Source of the DNA: Prochlorococcus sp. AG-355-N18
GTDB taxonomy: Bacteria > Cyanobacteriota > Cyanobacteriia > PCC-6307 > Cyanobiaceae
Direction: 5' to 3'
Assembly: GCA_003278535.1 (NCBI GenBank)
Contig: QCEG01000003.1
Coordinates: 43,974 to 107,973 of the forward strand
Length of the DNA: 64,000 nt
Made by a program: the position numbers and the translations under genes. The notes below the pieces were generated by a model. The model had not been told where the DNA came from and made no database searches. It was given only the letters and a program-made list of their open reading frames with translations. This document shows positions 41,806 to 50,270 of the stretch, piece after piece; position 1 is the first letter of the stretch, and each line of letters begins with the position of its first letter.

Positions 41806-42129
41806 TTGATTATGAAAAATTTTATACTAATAATAGTCTCTTTATCTTTCCTATCTTCTTGCAGTAATGACAAAGATTTTTTTCTCACTGAGGCGAACGC
41901 TTTGTTAAGTTGCGGAGGTAAATCTCGTATCATTGAAAATGATAAAGAAGAGATAATAAATACTGAAGTCAAGGATTTAAGAGATGGAATTGGTAAATAC
42001 GTTGAATTTACAGTTGTTGAGACTGATAAAAAAGGAGGCAAATATAGAATTATTAATTGTTTCCCAAGTGAAGAACCACAAGATTCAATAATAAAAACTG
42101 TGAAAACAAATTATAAATTAAGTAATTAA
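41806..42129 (+). CDS. Small lipoprotein
   Basis: 107 aa. Signal plus lipobox ...LSFLSSC. Confidence 0.55.
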   Translation: MIMKNFILIIVSLSFLSSCSNDKDFFLTEANALLSCGGKSRIIENDKEEIINTEVKDLRDGIGKYVEFTVVETDKKGGKYRIINCFPSEEPQDSIIKTVKTNYKLSN

Positions 42130-42156
42130 AAGTTATTTAAAATAATTAGCTTACTT

Positions 42157-43011
42157 TTAATCTGAGATTTTTGATGATTTAATTATTTCCCATGCTTCTG
42201 ATGCGCTGTCTGCATATTCGAAAAGATTTAGGTGATCATCTTCAATTAATCCAAGATCAGCTAAATATTCAAAGTTAATTATCTTATTCCAATACTCTCT
42301 ACCAAAAAGTATAATTGGGATTTTAGTTTTCATTCCTGTTTGACACAGTGTCAATAGTTCAAATAATTCATCTAGTGTGCCAAAACCTCCAGGGAAAAAT
42401 ACAGCAGCTACTGATCGCATGACAAAATGGATCTTTCTTAATGCAAAATAATTAAACTTAAAGCAAAGACCTGGAGTTATAAAAGCATTTGGGATTTGTT
42501 CATTAGGGAGACTGATATTTAACCCTATAGATTTACAATTTGCTTCAAATGCACCTCTATTAGCAGCTTCCATAATTCCAGGCCCCCCACCTGTCACGAT
42601 CACGTGAGAATTACAGTTTTTATTTTGATTACTAATTGAAGCAAGTTTAGAAAACTCCCTTGCGGATTGATAGTAATGACTCATTAGAAGCAAATTTTCT
42701 AATCTATTTAAATTTCGTTTTAGAAGTATCGATTTAGGATTTTTTTTAATTAACTCTTCTATATTTTCAAGTCTCTTTTTTATATTTGATTCTTCTGTAA
42801 TGCTTGCGCCTCCAAAAATAATTATTGTTGAAAGAATTTTGTTTTCTTCAAGGATTAAATCTGGTTTAGTGATTTCAAGAAGCATTCTGACTCCACGCAT
42901 TTCATTTCGGCTAAGTAAACAAATATCTTCGTGAGCCAATTTATAAGTATCAGAATTAATAATTAAATTCAGGTTTTTTAAATTTTTATTAGGGGATATA
43001 TGTTTTTTCAT
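42157..43011 (-). CDS. LOG-family (TIGR00730 / lysine-decarboxylase-like) nucleotide-binding protein
   Basis: 284 aa. Motifs TGGGPGIMEAAN and PGGFGTLDELFE. Confidence 0.8.
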   Translation of the reverse strand: MKKHISPNKNLKNLNLIINSDTYKLAHEDICLLSRNEMRGVRMLLEITKPDLILEENKILSTIIIFGGASITEESNIKKRLENIEELIKKNPKSILLKRNLNRLENLLLMSHYYQSAREFSKLASISNQNKNCNSHVIVTGGGPGIMEAANRGAFEANCKSIGLNISLPNEQIPNAFITPGLCFKFNYFALRKIHFVMRSVAAVFFPGGFGTLDELFELLTLCQTGMKTKIPIILFGREYWNKIINFEYLADLGLIEDDHLNLFEYADSASEAWEIIKSSKISD

Positions 43012-43012
43012 T

Positions 43013-43531
43013 TCAAAAAAGAGTTTTAACTTTTCTTTCTAGAGGATTTAAATAGACTCTTTTGATTTTGTTATTTTCGTAAATCCAATAAACAGGCGGA
43101 CTTTTTCTTGCCCTAATTAAATTAATTTTGTCTAATTTTTGAGGGATAAATTCTTTAGCAGGATCAAAAAATTTATCTCTTTTGGGTTGGTTTAAAACAA
43201 TACTACCTTTTTTTCCTGAGATTGATCTGTGATAAGTTCCTATAGGAATTTCTAATGCTCCCATAGATCTATTTAAATAAATCACATGATGAGGTTCATC
43301 CCAGGAAGGATTTATTAAAACAAATTTCCTTTCCCCAGTGATTACTAAATTGTGGTCAATTTGATGGTTGTGAACGTAATATTGCTCATCTTTTAAATCA
43401 TCAGGAGGAGATATAGCTTCCCCAGAATGGATCACAACATCAGAACCATTAGAACTATGTATGCCTGCATCAAAGAATGTTACTTTTGGAGTCTCTCTAA
43501 AAATATTTATTGGGAAGAATTTTAATTCCAT
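43013..43531 (-). CDS. Hypothetical protein, possibly cupin-fold
   Basis: 172 aa. His-rich YYVHNHQIDH...IPIGTYH. Its stop lies 1 nt from the LOG gene start. Confidence 0.45.
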   Translation of the reverse strand: MELKFFPINIFRETPKVTFFDAGIHSSNGSDVVIHSGEAISPPDDLKDEQYYVHNHQIDHNLVITGERKFVLINPSWDEPHHVIYLNRSMGALEIPIGTYHRSISGKKGSIVLNQPKRDKFFDPAKEFIPQKLDKINLIRARKSPPVYWIYENNKIKRVYLNPLERKVKTLF

Positions 43532-43610
43532 AGTGCTAACTCCCTTTTAGAAAATTTATAAATACAAATAAAAATTTATTTACTTTTAAAAAACAGCTAT
43601 TTTTTGATTT

Positions 43611-43757
43611 CTAATTGCAACAAACCAGGCAATCTTCTTGATTTGGATAATCTATACATTCTATATCTAAAGTTTCTTCTAAGAAATCTACTTTCTTAAC
43701 ATAATTAAGATCTTTTAATTCTTTTTTTGGAACCGTGAACTGAGTTTGTAGTTTCAT
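43611..43757 (-). CDS. Small Cys-rich ORF (48 aa)
   Basis: AGGAG SD. MKLQTQFTVPKKELKDLNYVKKVDFLEETLDIECIDYPNQEDCLVCCN*. Confidence 0.4.
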   Translation of the reverse strand: MKLQTQFTVPKKELKDLNYVKKVDFLEETLDIECIDYPNQEDCLVCCN

Positions 43758-43772
43758 GTTGTATTCTCCTAA

Positions 43773-43874
43773 TTAATACTGTTTTTTGAATCTATTCCAA
43801 GTTTGAGAAAACCTTAATCCCAGATAAGAAATTAAAATTGTCCAAAATAAAATTTCTATACCTAAATTAGTCAT
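43773..43874 (-). CDS. 33-aa single-TM ORF
   Basis: GGAGG SD. MTNLGIEILFWTILISYLGLRFSQTWNRFKKQY*. Shared upstream promoter motif (see findings). Confidence 0.4.
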   Translation of the reverse strand: MTNLGIEILFWTILISYLGLRFSQTWNRFKKQY

Positions 43875-43959
43875 TTGCTTGGCCTCCCTTCTATCTGATT
43901 ACTATTTAGTACGGGTATTATGTAAAAATCAAGCGTAAGAATACCTAAAAGTTAAAGTT

Positions 43960-44112
43960 TTAATCACAAAAAATCTTACAATGGTTGTTACTCGGATTTT
44001 CTGCACATTCGTTATTCCAATAAGCTTCAATTTCTTTGAGCTTATTATCAAATAAAAGGTTTTTTTTATCCAAATTAATTTCTTGGATAGTAAATGTATC
44101 ATTGAGTGCCAT
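43960..44112 (-). CDS. Small ORF (50 aa from internal Met)
   Basis: MALNDTFTIQEINLDKKNLLFDNKLKEIEAYWNNECAENPSNNHCKIFCD*. The upstream part of the track ORF looks non-coding. Confidence 0.35.
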   Translation of the reverse strand: MALNDTFTIQEINLDKKNLLFDNKLKEIEAYWNNECAENPSNNHCKIFCD

Positions 44113-44336
44113 AAGACTTACTTCTTGACTACATCTATGTTCTAGTGCATTTGAATAGAAAATTTCAAGTTTTATGTGTGCGGTTAGAGGAACAAAATTG
44201 TACGGATTAAGGATCAAAAAAAATCTCAAATTATGAATAATTGCAAGGAAAATATCCTCAAAAAATTTATTCCACCTTTAAAAATTTTGTGTAAATTTTG
44301 CTAGAAATTATATTCTTTTAATGCCTTCTTAGTTCT

Positions 44337-44438
44337 GCCATTATCTATCATTCATCTAATCTATCTGCATATTCTCTTAAAATCTCAGCCATTATCTATC
44401 ATTCATCGAATCTATCTGCATATTCTCTTAAAATCTCA
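44337..44438. repeat. 51-bp tandem duplication (1 mismatch) plus partial third unit
   Basis: GCCATTATCTATCATTCATC(T/G)AATCTATCTGCATATTCTCTTAAAATCTCA x2. On the minus strand each unit is a 14-codon ORF, MAEILREYADR(F/L)DE*. Confidence 0.9.
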
Positions 44439-44529
44439 GCCATCTTCTGAGGTGGAATTTATTGTTGATATTCTCTACATAAATCAAAAAATTTATCTAA
44501 GAAATTTTTCATTGAAGAGGACATAAAAA

Positions 44530-44625
44530 TTAGCGTTTCATTTTAAAAGTAAAGTATGCAAACCCACCAAGCAATAAAAGACTCACAACTCCATAAGTAA
44601 TCGCTATGCCGTACATGTAGGTCAT
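44530..44625 (-). CDS. 31-aa TM micro-protein (third gene of coupled triplet)
   Basis: MTYMYGIAITYGVVSLLLLGGFAYFTFKMKR*. ATGA overlap with the upstream ORF. Confidence 0.45.
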   Translation of the reverse strand: MTYMYGIAITYGVVSLLLLGGFAYFTFKMKR

Positions 44626-44762
44626 TTATTTATAAAGACATAAGCAGAATATAAATAAACTAAGAACAATCCAATAGCAATGGAACTTCCATAAATAAGA
44701 AAGTTCCAAAATCTATATAATTTAGGTTTTTTAAACTCTTTTTCTTCTTCTTTAGTAATCAT
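44622..44762 (-). CDS. 46-aa TM protein (second of triplet)
   Basis: MITKEEEKEFKKPKLYRFWNFLIYGSSIAIGLFLVYLYSAYVFINK*. ATGA overlaps on both sides. Confidence 0.45.
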   Translation of the reverse strand: MITKEEEKEFKKPKLYRFWNFLIYGSSIAIGLFLVYLYSAYVFINK

Positions 44763-44875
44763 TTATTTTCTTTTTCTTCTCTTGCAGCATTACCTTTTGC
44801 TCTTAATACCAAAGTTATCGTAAGGGCAGCGCTTAATATAACAGCATCAATTAATAGGTGCGGGGAAATATTCAT
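44759..44875 (-). CDS. 38-aa TM protein (first of triplet)
   Basis: MNISPHLLIDAVILSAALTITLVLRAKGNAAREEKENK*. Confidence 0.45.
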   Translation of the reverse strand: MNISPHLLIDAVILSAALTITLVLRAKGNAAREEKENK

Positions 44876-45029
44876 CAGCAGAAAAGAGAAATAAGAAGAG
44901 TCATTATCTTTTCATCAATAAATCTATTAAACATTAAAAAAGAGGGGTTTTTCCCTCTAAGTGTAGATCGACTATCAATCACTGTCTATTTTAGCTTTTT
45001 ATCTTCTCTTAAAAAAATTAGTATTTTAT

Positions 45030-45185
45030 TTAGCCAGAGCAAGAGAAGGCACCTGCAAGAATATTTTTAAAAATTGGGGCTTGACCCAAGGCATAAAAAA
45101 AGAAAGTTGATGATGCGAGAGTGATAGCTATTTTTGAAGCCCTGTTGACCTTCAAATTTGAGACTTTTGCAAATTCAGAATTCAT
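45030..45185 (-). CDS. 51-aa small membrane ORF
   Basis: MNSEFAKVSNLKVNRASKIAITLASSTFFFYALGQAPIFKNILAGAFSCSG*. Confidence 0.35.
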   Translation of the reverse strand: MNSEFAKVSNLKVNRASKIAITLASSTFFFYALGQAPIFKNILAGAFSCSG

Positions 45186-45261
45186 CTGTTCCTTAATTTA
45201 ATAATTTTATAATAGCTGCAAAAATTAAATATTCAGCATCAATATTTACCAAATAATAATT

Positions 45262-45465
45262 TTATTGCTCCTTTTTCTCAGCTTGCATTTTTACTAGTTC
45301 AAATTCTTTATTAGAAACTATTCTAATTTTGTATGCGGGATATCTTGTCTCCCACCATTTATTGATCGAAATAGCTAATCCTTCTAAATCTTGGGCACAA
45401 ATATTCACCCATAAAATCTTTCTTTCAACTTCTTTGTAGAATTCCCAACTTGTAGGTGAAGCCAT
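45262..45465 (-). CDS. Hypothetical protein (67 aa)
   Basis: Track ORF, Trp-rich, with coding-like composition. Confidence 0.45.
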   Translation of the reverse strand: MASPTSWEFYKEVERKILWVNICAQDLEGLAISINKWWETRYPAYKIRIVSNKEFELVKMQAEKKEQ

Positions 45466-45840
45466 TAAAAATAGTAAATGTAAAAATTTATAATTGTTGA
45501 AAATTCTATAAATTTAGATATATGGTCCATGAGCTAAAACTTTTGTTTTTCTAATAAGATGAATTATTTGAAGATATAGGGTTTTCATTAAGTGGTAATA
45601 AAAAACTCTAAACAAAAGAATTGCTTCACTTTCGCATTCTAGGAAAGTATTACTTTTATTTTAGAAAGAGTTTCAATTAAAAAATATCTCCGCAAAGAAG
45701 GGGCCAAAAATTGGCCCCTCTTGGTGAAACTCTTCCAAAGAAACACCATTAAAATCTTACTCTGAAAGTTGCAAAATTAAACAAAATAATAAAATCAAGA
45801 TTAACAATTTATGCTGCCTTTTTAAAAGGGTTCATATTCC

Positions 45841-46017
45841 TTAAAAAGCTATTATTTTTGGGGCACTCATTTTTCTATATCTTTGATTTTTATCCAGGAT
45901 ATACTTCCTAGCTTTCTTATCACTTTCAATTTTCTTTTTTTGAAGACGTAAAGCTCTTAAATCTTCAATTGACATGAGGCCATCATCTTCGTCGAAATTT
46001 AAATGATCAAATTGCAT
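45841..46017 (-). CDS. Small ORF (58 aa)
   Basis: MQFDHLNFDEDDGLMSIEDLRALRLQKKKIESDKKARKYILDKNQRYRKMSAPKIIAF*. Confidence 0.35.
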   Translation of the reverse strand: MQFDHLNFDEDDGLMSIEDLRALRLQKKKIESDKKARKYILDKNQRYRKMSAPKIIAF

Positions 46018-46275
46018 CAGTTTAAGAAATTAAGTTTCTTCTTTAAGTGCAAGATTAACAACCTTATCTTTATTTGCAATAGAGATAATTAACCAACCTA
46101 ACTCAAATTAGTTGTTGAATGTTCAGAAAGCTATGAATTTAAGTATTAAAACTTTCTAAAATCAAGAAAAACTTTTGATTGAATTAGATGGAACTTCTAC
46201 AGATACAAATGATTCTCCATAATGAGATTCGGCTGATCTTATTAGTAACAAGTAAAAGAAATTTACTAAAGCTTT

Positions 46276-46477
46276 CTCCACGAGGATTTAGTAACTAATT
46301 TAAATAACCTCATAATTTTTGTAATAGCAATATACAAAATAAATTTATCAAGTAATCAATATATTTATCTTATTAAGCATAGTTGCAAATTATTAATTGA
46401 GAAATTTGCACTCTCAGGCTTTCGGCAGCGGACTAAATCCTCGTGGAGTATTGGACTTTAGCCCGCTCTATTTTTTT
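46276..46477 (+). promoter_or_regulatory. Leader-like element: 15-nt long-range inverted repeat competing with an intrinsic terminator (candidate attenuator or sRNA)
   Basis: CTCCACGAGGATTTA (46276-90) is the exact complement of TAAATCCTCGTGGAG (46434-48). Terminator stem 46427-37/46457-67 (10 bp, 1 mismatch) followed by T7 at 46471-77. Confidence 0.45.
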
Positions 46478-46627
46478 AACAAAAGAAAAATAGCACTGCA
46501 AGGTAACTAGGTCACCAATTATTCTATTTATTCTGAATAAGCTTTACGGGTTAATTGATAAAGAGTATCTGAGCAAAGGTTGATATTGTTTACCGTATAA
46601 TAGTGTTACAAAAGTTTTGGCATATCA

Positions 46628-46801
46628 ATGGATTCAGTATTTTTGCTCATTGATATATTAATTCTTGGAATAATATTATTACTGATGCCTAAAGAAGATT
46701 TAATTTTGAAAAAAATAACTAAATTTTTTAAACTTCTGAAGAGAAGAATTGAAATTCTCAATGCAGAGGCTGAATTAAAGTTTATATTAGAAAATAAATA
46801 A
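46628..46801 (+). CDS. 57-aa TM protein
   Basis: MDSVFLLIDILILGIILLLMPKEDL...AELKFILENK*. TAATG overlap with the next ORF. The opposite-strand track ORF looks spurious. Confidence 0.45.
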   Translation: MDSVFLLIDILILGIILLLMPKEDLILKKITKFFKLLKRRIEILNAEAELKFILENK

Positions 46802-46953
46802 TGGGATTTCCACATTGCCCTATTTGTATAGTTCTAGCATTTGTTTCAGTTTTTATAGGAGTTACTCGTAGTTATATGTTCTATATTCTTTTTAGAGAAT
46901 TTGTGAGAGCAGAATCTAATTTTAAATTGAAGTTTAGGTTCAATTACTGTTGA
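46801..46953 (+). CDS. 50-aa TM/Cys protein
   Basis: MGFPHCPICIVLAFVSVFIGVTRSYMFYILFREFVRAESNFKLKFRFNYC*. Confidence 0.4.
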   Translation: MGFPHCPICIVLAFVSVFIGVTRSYMFYILFREFVRAESNFKLKFRFNYC

Positions 46954-46978
46954 CATCTAAGTATAAATACTTTATAAA
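46950..46978 (+). promoter_or_regulatory. Sigma-70-type promoter
   Basis: TTGACA (46950-55), 17-nt spacer, TATAAA (46973-78), directly upstream of the GC-rich leader. Confidence 0.5.
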
Positions 46979-46999
46979 TAGATTGTAGTGAATACTACA

Positions 47000-47082
47000 A
47001 AATCGTCCGATCTACCATCTGATAGACCGCAGTACGACTCAAGCCATAGGACGGGGACTTGGGCAAATTCAGGAGCTGCATC
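47000..47082 (+). promoter_or_regulatory. Candidate glutamine riboswitch (glnA RNA / Downstream-peptide class)
   Basis: GC-rich leader aaTCGTCCgatc...ataGGACGGGGAC. CGTCC (47004-08) pairs with GGACG (47049-53). AGGAG SD at 47071-75. The downstream micro-ORF carries an L.YRG..Y motif. Confidence 0.45.
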
Positions 47083-47184
47083 ATGGTAAACATGTATTTC
47101 AATGGAAAGTCATTCGTATATTGTAGAAAACAAGAAGAAAAGATTATAAAGCTTACTTATAGAGGATCTATTTACTTGAAATGA
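47083..47184 (+). CDS. 33-aa peptide with YRG motif (DUF4278-like)
   Basis: MVNMYFNGKSFVYCRKQEEKIIKLTYRGSIYLK*. KLTYRGSIY matches the motif I recall for peptides downstream of glutamine riboswitches. Confidence 0.45.
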   Translation: MVNMYFNGKSFVYCRKQEEKIIKLTYRGSIYLK

Positions 47185-47587
47185 GATTTCTAATTTCTTT
47201 TTTTTTTTTAAACTTTTGACATTTATTCACGTTTTTGGATTAAGTATTAATTAGTACTTTATAAGAAGAACTTATAGTGAATATATTTTTTGCCTATTTA
47301 AAAATTCATAAATTCGTATATTTAGTAACGAGAAATTAATTTTAGAATAATTAATTTGTAATTAGATTTTTAAAAGGTTATGCAACCTATTTCTGAGGAA
47401 CTTTACAAAAAAATAGTTGAGAGTTCTAAAAAATGAGTAAGTTACTAATTGCTTTATTGGCTTTAGATATAGGCGTTAGTCTGTCTAAATTTTTTATTTT
47501 TACCTGAAAATCAAATTACTCAGCATAAAAGGAGCAAAAATTTTTTAAAAAAAGAAATAGTTACTGGGTATTATTTATTTGATTTAT

Positions 47588-47677
47588 TTATTTTATAAAA
47601 TACAAAATTAAACCAATAAAAGAACTACCTACAAGTAGTAGCACCATTAAAAGAGCTATTAACTTTGCTAATCCCAT
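47588..47677 (-). CDS. 29-aa single-TM micro-protein (LLMVLLLVGS family)
   Basis: MGLAKLIALLMVLLLVGSSFIGLILYFIK*. 14 of 16 core residues are identical to 32062..32151. Confidence 0.5.
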   Translation of the reverse strand: MGLAKLIALLMVLLLVGSSFIGLILYFIK

Positions 47678-48052
47678 AAAGATAAATCCGAATTTCCTGT
47701 AGATCTTTGCATCCAGTGAATTTTCCAAACATTATTTACTTTTTTAAAAATTGACGTAACTGTTGGTAAGTCATCATTAGCTGTTCCTTTATAAGTAAAT
47801 TTTGAACCTAGTGTAAAAATGCACATTACTATATTTTTGTTTAAAAATTCGAATCGGTGAATTTTTGGTTATTTCTGCCTTTTCTTGAACTATATCACCA
47901 GTAATCATTTGTTCGAACCCTTTTGAATCTATAGGATTAACACTGGGTCTTATGAATAAGAAATCTGGAGTCGCATTATTAACAAAAATGAGGCCATTTT
48001 TTGGATTAGCAAACTCATTTAATAATTAAATGATTGTTTCTCTATCATTCAT
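47668..48052 (-). pseudogene. Decayed SnoaL/NTF2-like gene (paralog of 23473..23856)
   Basis: Reads MNDRETII*LLNEFANPKNGLIF...AEITK then needs a 1-nt frame change in the run ACCAAAAATTC (near 47865) to continue IHRFEFLNKNIVMCIFTLGSKFTYKG...HWMQRSTGNSDLSLWD*. Total length is 385 nt, not a multiple of 3. Confidence 0.7.
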
Positions 48053-48339
48053 AAAAAAAATGGACGTAATCCTTCTAGTTTAGATCTACTGTTTAAAATG
48101 TACAAATCGAAATAGGATAATTCTAAAAAAAATTCGTTAGGATGTTTGAAATAATTAGATTTTTAATGTAATCATGATTAATTCATTAAACAAATTATTG
48201 CCTGTTGGCAAAAAAGTAAAAAGATATTTGCCTTTCTTTATTGGATTTAAATTACTTACATTTACTGGCTTTCTTACTTATCTAATGAATCGCTAATTGA
48301 TATAACCTTAATAATAAAGTTTAACTAAATTAAGATCTA

Positions 48340-48534
48340 GTGAATAAAGAAGAACGAACTAAAAGATTTAAGTCTATGTCAAGTATGCAAAGTCAAGAAC
48401 TGATATTAAAGAAGATGAAAGAGAAAGGCATAGAGCTGGGAAGTGGAATTCCGAATAAAAAATACGATAGCAAAGAGGTTTATGAATTAATTCATATTGA
48501 AAATTGCTTCCCAGAATTAAGAGAGAAAAATTAA
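48340..48534 (+). CDS. Hypothetical protein (64 aa, GTG start)
   Basis: Track ORF, Lys/Glu-rich. Confidence 0.35.
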   Translation: MNKEERTKRFKSMSSMQSQELILKKMKEKGIELGSGIPNKKYDSKEVYELIHIENCFPELREKN

Positions 48535-48564
48535 AAAATATTTAGGTTTCTTTTATGAAGTAAT

Positions 48565-48945
48565 TTATTTTGGTTTCCTTATTGCAGAAATAATTAATCC
48601 ACCTATCAATGCGAGATTCATAAATACTGCTCTTTGATGAAAAGGGAATAAATGAAAAATTATTGTTGTTGGAATTATAAATAGTAATAAAAAGACTGAA
48701 CCGATTTTTTGATTTTCTCCAAATATAAAAAATCCAGAACCCAAGATAAGACATATAATCGCTCCCACTAGAAGAATAGATGAAATTGCTTCAGGAATAC
48801 CTTTTGAAGAAATATATTCAACAGTTTTTTCAAAATCATTTATTTTGCCTGGAATGGCTGAGATGAATATTGCTGAGATCGATAATCTAGAAAAAAAATC
48901 TAAAAAAGATTTGATCCTTTTATTTTTCAAAAAAGAATTTTTCAT
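48565..48945 (-). CDS. DoxX-like membrane protein
   Basis: 126 aa with four hydrophobic segments. The overlapping track ORF 48542..48754 is in another frame and looks spurious. Confidence 0.55.
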   Translation of the reverse strand: MKNSFLKNKRIKSFLDFFSRLSISAIFISAIPGKINDFEKTVEYISSKGIPEAISSILLVGAIICLILGSGFFIFGENQKIGSVFLLLFIIPTTIIFHLFPFHQRAVFMNLALIGGLIISAIRKPK

Positions 48946-49141
48946 AATATCATCATAAGAAAAAAATTTTATGGGTTTGATAAATACTTAACTAGTCTGA
49001 AATAATTTTAAATTATTCTCTAAGAGTTTTAGCTAAATTAATAGAAAGCTTTTTAATTAATGTGAATCTTATTAAGGTAATTAATAGTAATTTATGAAAT
49101 GTCTTTTTATATTTATGAAATAATAAATCGAATTAAAATAA

Positions 49142-49618
49142 ATGTTTAAAAAATTTCTTTTCACTTCTTTTTTAATTTTAAGTTCCCTAATAACTGTATA
49201 TCCCTCAAAAAAAGAAAATACTAATTTTTTGGATTATTGTTATTCTTTAGAAAAAATAATTTCTAGAAATACAGTAGAAAAAAATAAGAATCTATCTAAG
49301 AATTTTAGGCTTTTAGCAAAAGATATTGCTCTATTTGGGACTAAAAAAACTAAAGGCACTTTAGCTAATAAGATAATTGATCAATATAAAGATTCCAAAA
49401 AATTATTTATTATTACTTTTATTCCAAACAAAATTTATTGTTTAGCAGGATATTGGATAGAGAAGGTAAGTCCAGGAAAATTTGAATCAATTTTCTATGA
49501 GAAAAACAAACAAAAAATAAATGAATATAAGAATACTAAAAAAGAAGTAGATGAATTTATAAAAGGAATTGATTTAGAATATAAATCTATAAAAAAAGAA
49601 ATTAATGATTTTTTTTAG
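49142..49618 (+). CDS. Secreted hypothetical protein (158 aa)
   Basis: Signal-like N-terminus MFKKFLFTSFLILSSLITVYPS. Confidence 0.5.
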   Translation: MFKKFLFTSFLILSSLITVYPSKKENTNFLDYCYSLEKIISRNTVEKNKNLSKNFRLLAKDIALFGTKKTKGTLANKIIDQYKDSKKLFIITFIPNKIYCLAGYWIEKVSPGKFESIFYEKNKQKINEYKNTKKEVDEFIKGIDLEYKSIKKEINDFF

Positions 49619-49622
49619 AAAA

Positions 49623-50093
49623 TTAAAATCTTTTTTCTAACAAAATCAATTTATTTGTTGAGGTTGATTCATCTTTTTTAGATTGCGAAATAAAAAATAG
49701 TAGTCCCAAAATAATTACAATTCCAAAAATTGATAAAGAATAAATTATTTTCTTTTTGATAGAAAATTTAAATTTATTTTTGGTAATTTTTTCAAAGAAG
49801 AGAAATTTTTTATTTGATAATGAATCATATGTTTCAGAATTGTTTTCAAAATAATAATTATTAAATAGTTCTTCCCTATTTTCATCAATGTCTATTTGTA
49901 AGTTATTTTCAGAGGCCCCAACTTTGTAATTCGATTGCTCATAAAAAAATTCATGTATTTTTGAAATATTTGTTATTTTTTTATTTTTAACATTAAGCTT
50001 AGTTTTTTTTAAATCATTATCAAACCATTCGTCATAAACTATAAAGTTTGGTTTAGCAAAATAAGACAAGACACTATTACAAAATAAGTACAT
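49623..50093 (-). CDS. Hypothetical protein with C-terminal TM anchor (156 aa)
   Basis: Track ORF. TM segment IIYSLSIFGIVIILGLLFFI near the C-terminus. Confidence 0.45.
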   Translation of the reverse strand: MYLFCNSVLSYFAKPNFIVYDEWFDNDLKKTKLNVKNKKITNISKIHEFFYEQSNYKVGASENNLQIDIDENREELFNNYYFENNSETYDSLSNKKFLFFEKITKNKFKFSIKKKIIYSLSIFGIVIILGLLFFISQSKKDESTSTNKLILLEKRF

Positions 50094-50270
50094 TAAAAAG
50101 ATAAAGCAAGGAAAAAAAGAAGGTTATTTTTGTTAGTAAATTTCATAAATCATGTTTATTAATCATCATTAATTGTCAAGTTCTTGTTTAATCTAATTTG
50201 ATAGATTTCAATAACTTTCATTATTTGTTTATTTTTTTTTGCATATTGTATTAGTTTTTAGGAAAATTTA

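Noticed and set aside
41114-42041. ORFs 41114..41299 (-) and 41739..42041 (-)
   Set aside because: The first is antisense to the Rieske gene. The second overlaps the better-supported lipoprotein gene on the plus strand and has no motifs.
44858-45070. Plus-strand 70-aa track ORF
   Set aside because: It overlaps the start of the coupled minus-strand micro-gene triplet and a 51-aa minus-strand ORF. The translation is low complexity.
46606-46815. Minus-strand 69-aa track ORF
   Set aside because: The plus strand carries two TAATG-coupled TM ORFs that explain the region better.
47215-47290. Second copy of the promoter-like TACTTTATAA..N..TAGTGAATA motif, as a possible second riboswitch locus
   Set aside because: The motif resembles 46968-47000, but the downstream sequence is AT-rich with no GGACG-type leader or YRG peptide. 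I treat it only as a possible related promoter.
48542-48754. Minus-strand 70-aa ORF overlapping the DoxX-like gene in another frame
   Set aside because: Asn/Ile-rich and low complexity. The longer frame has coherent TM helices.
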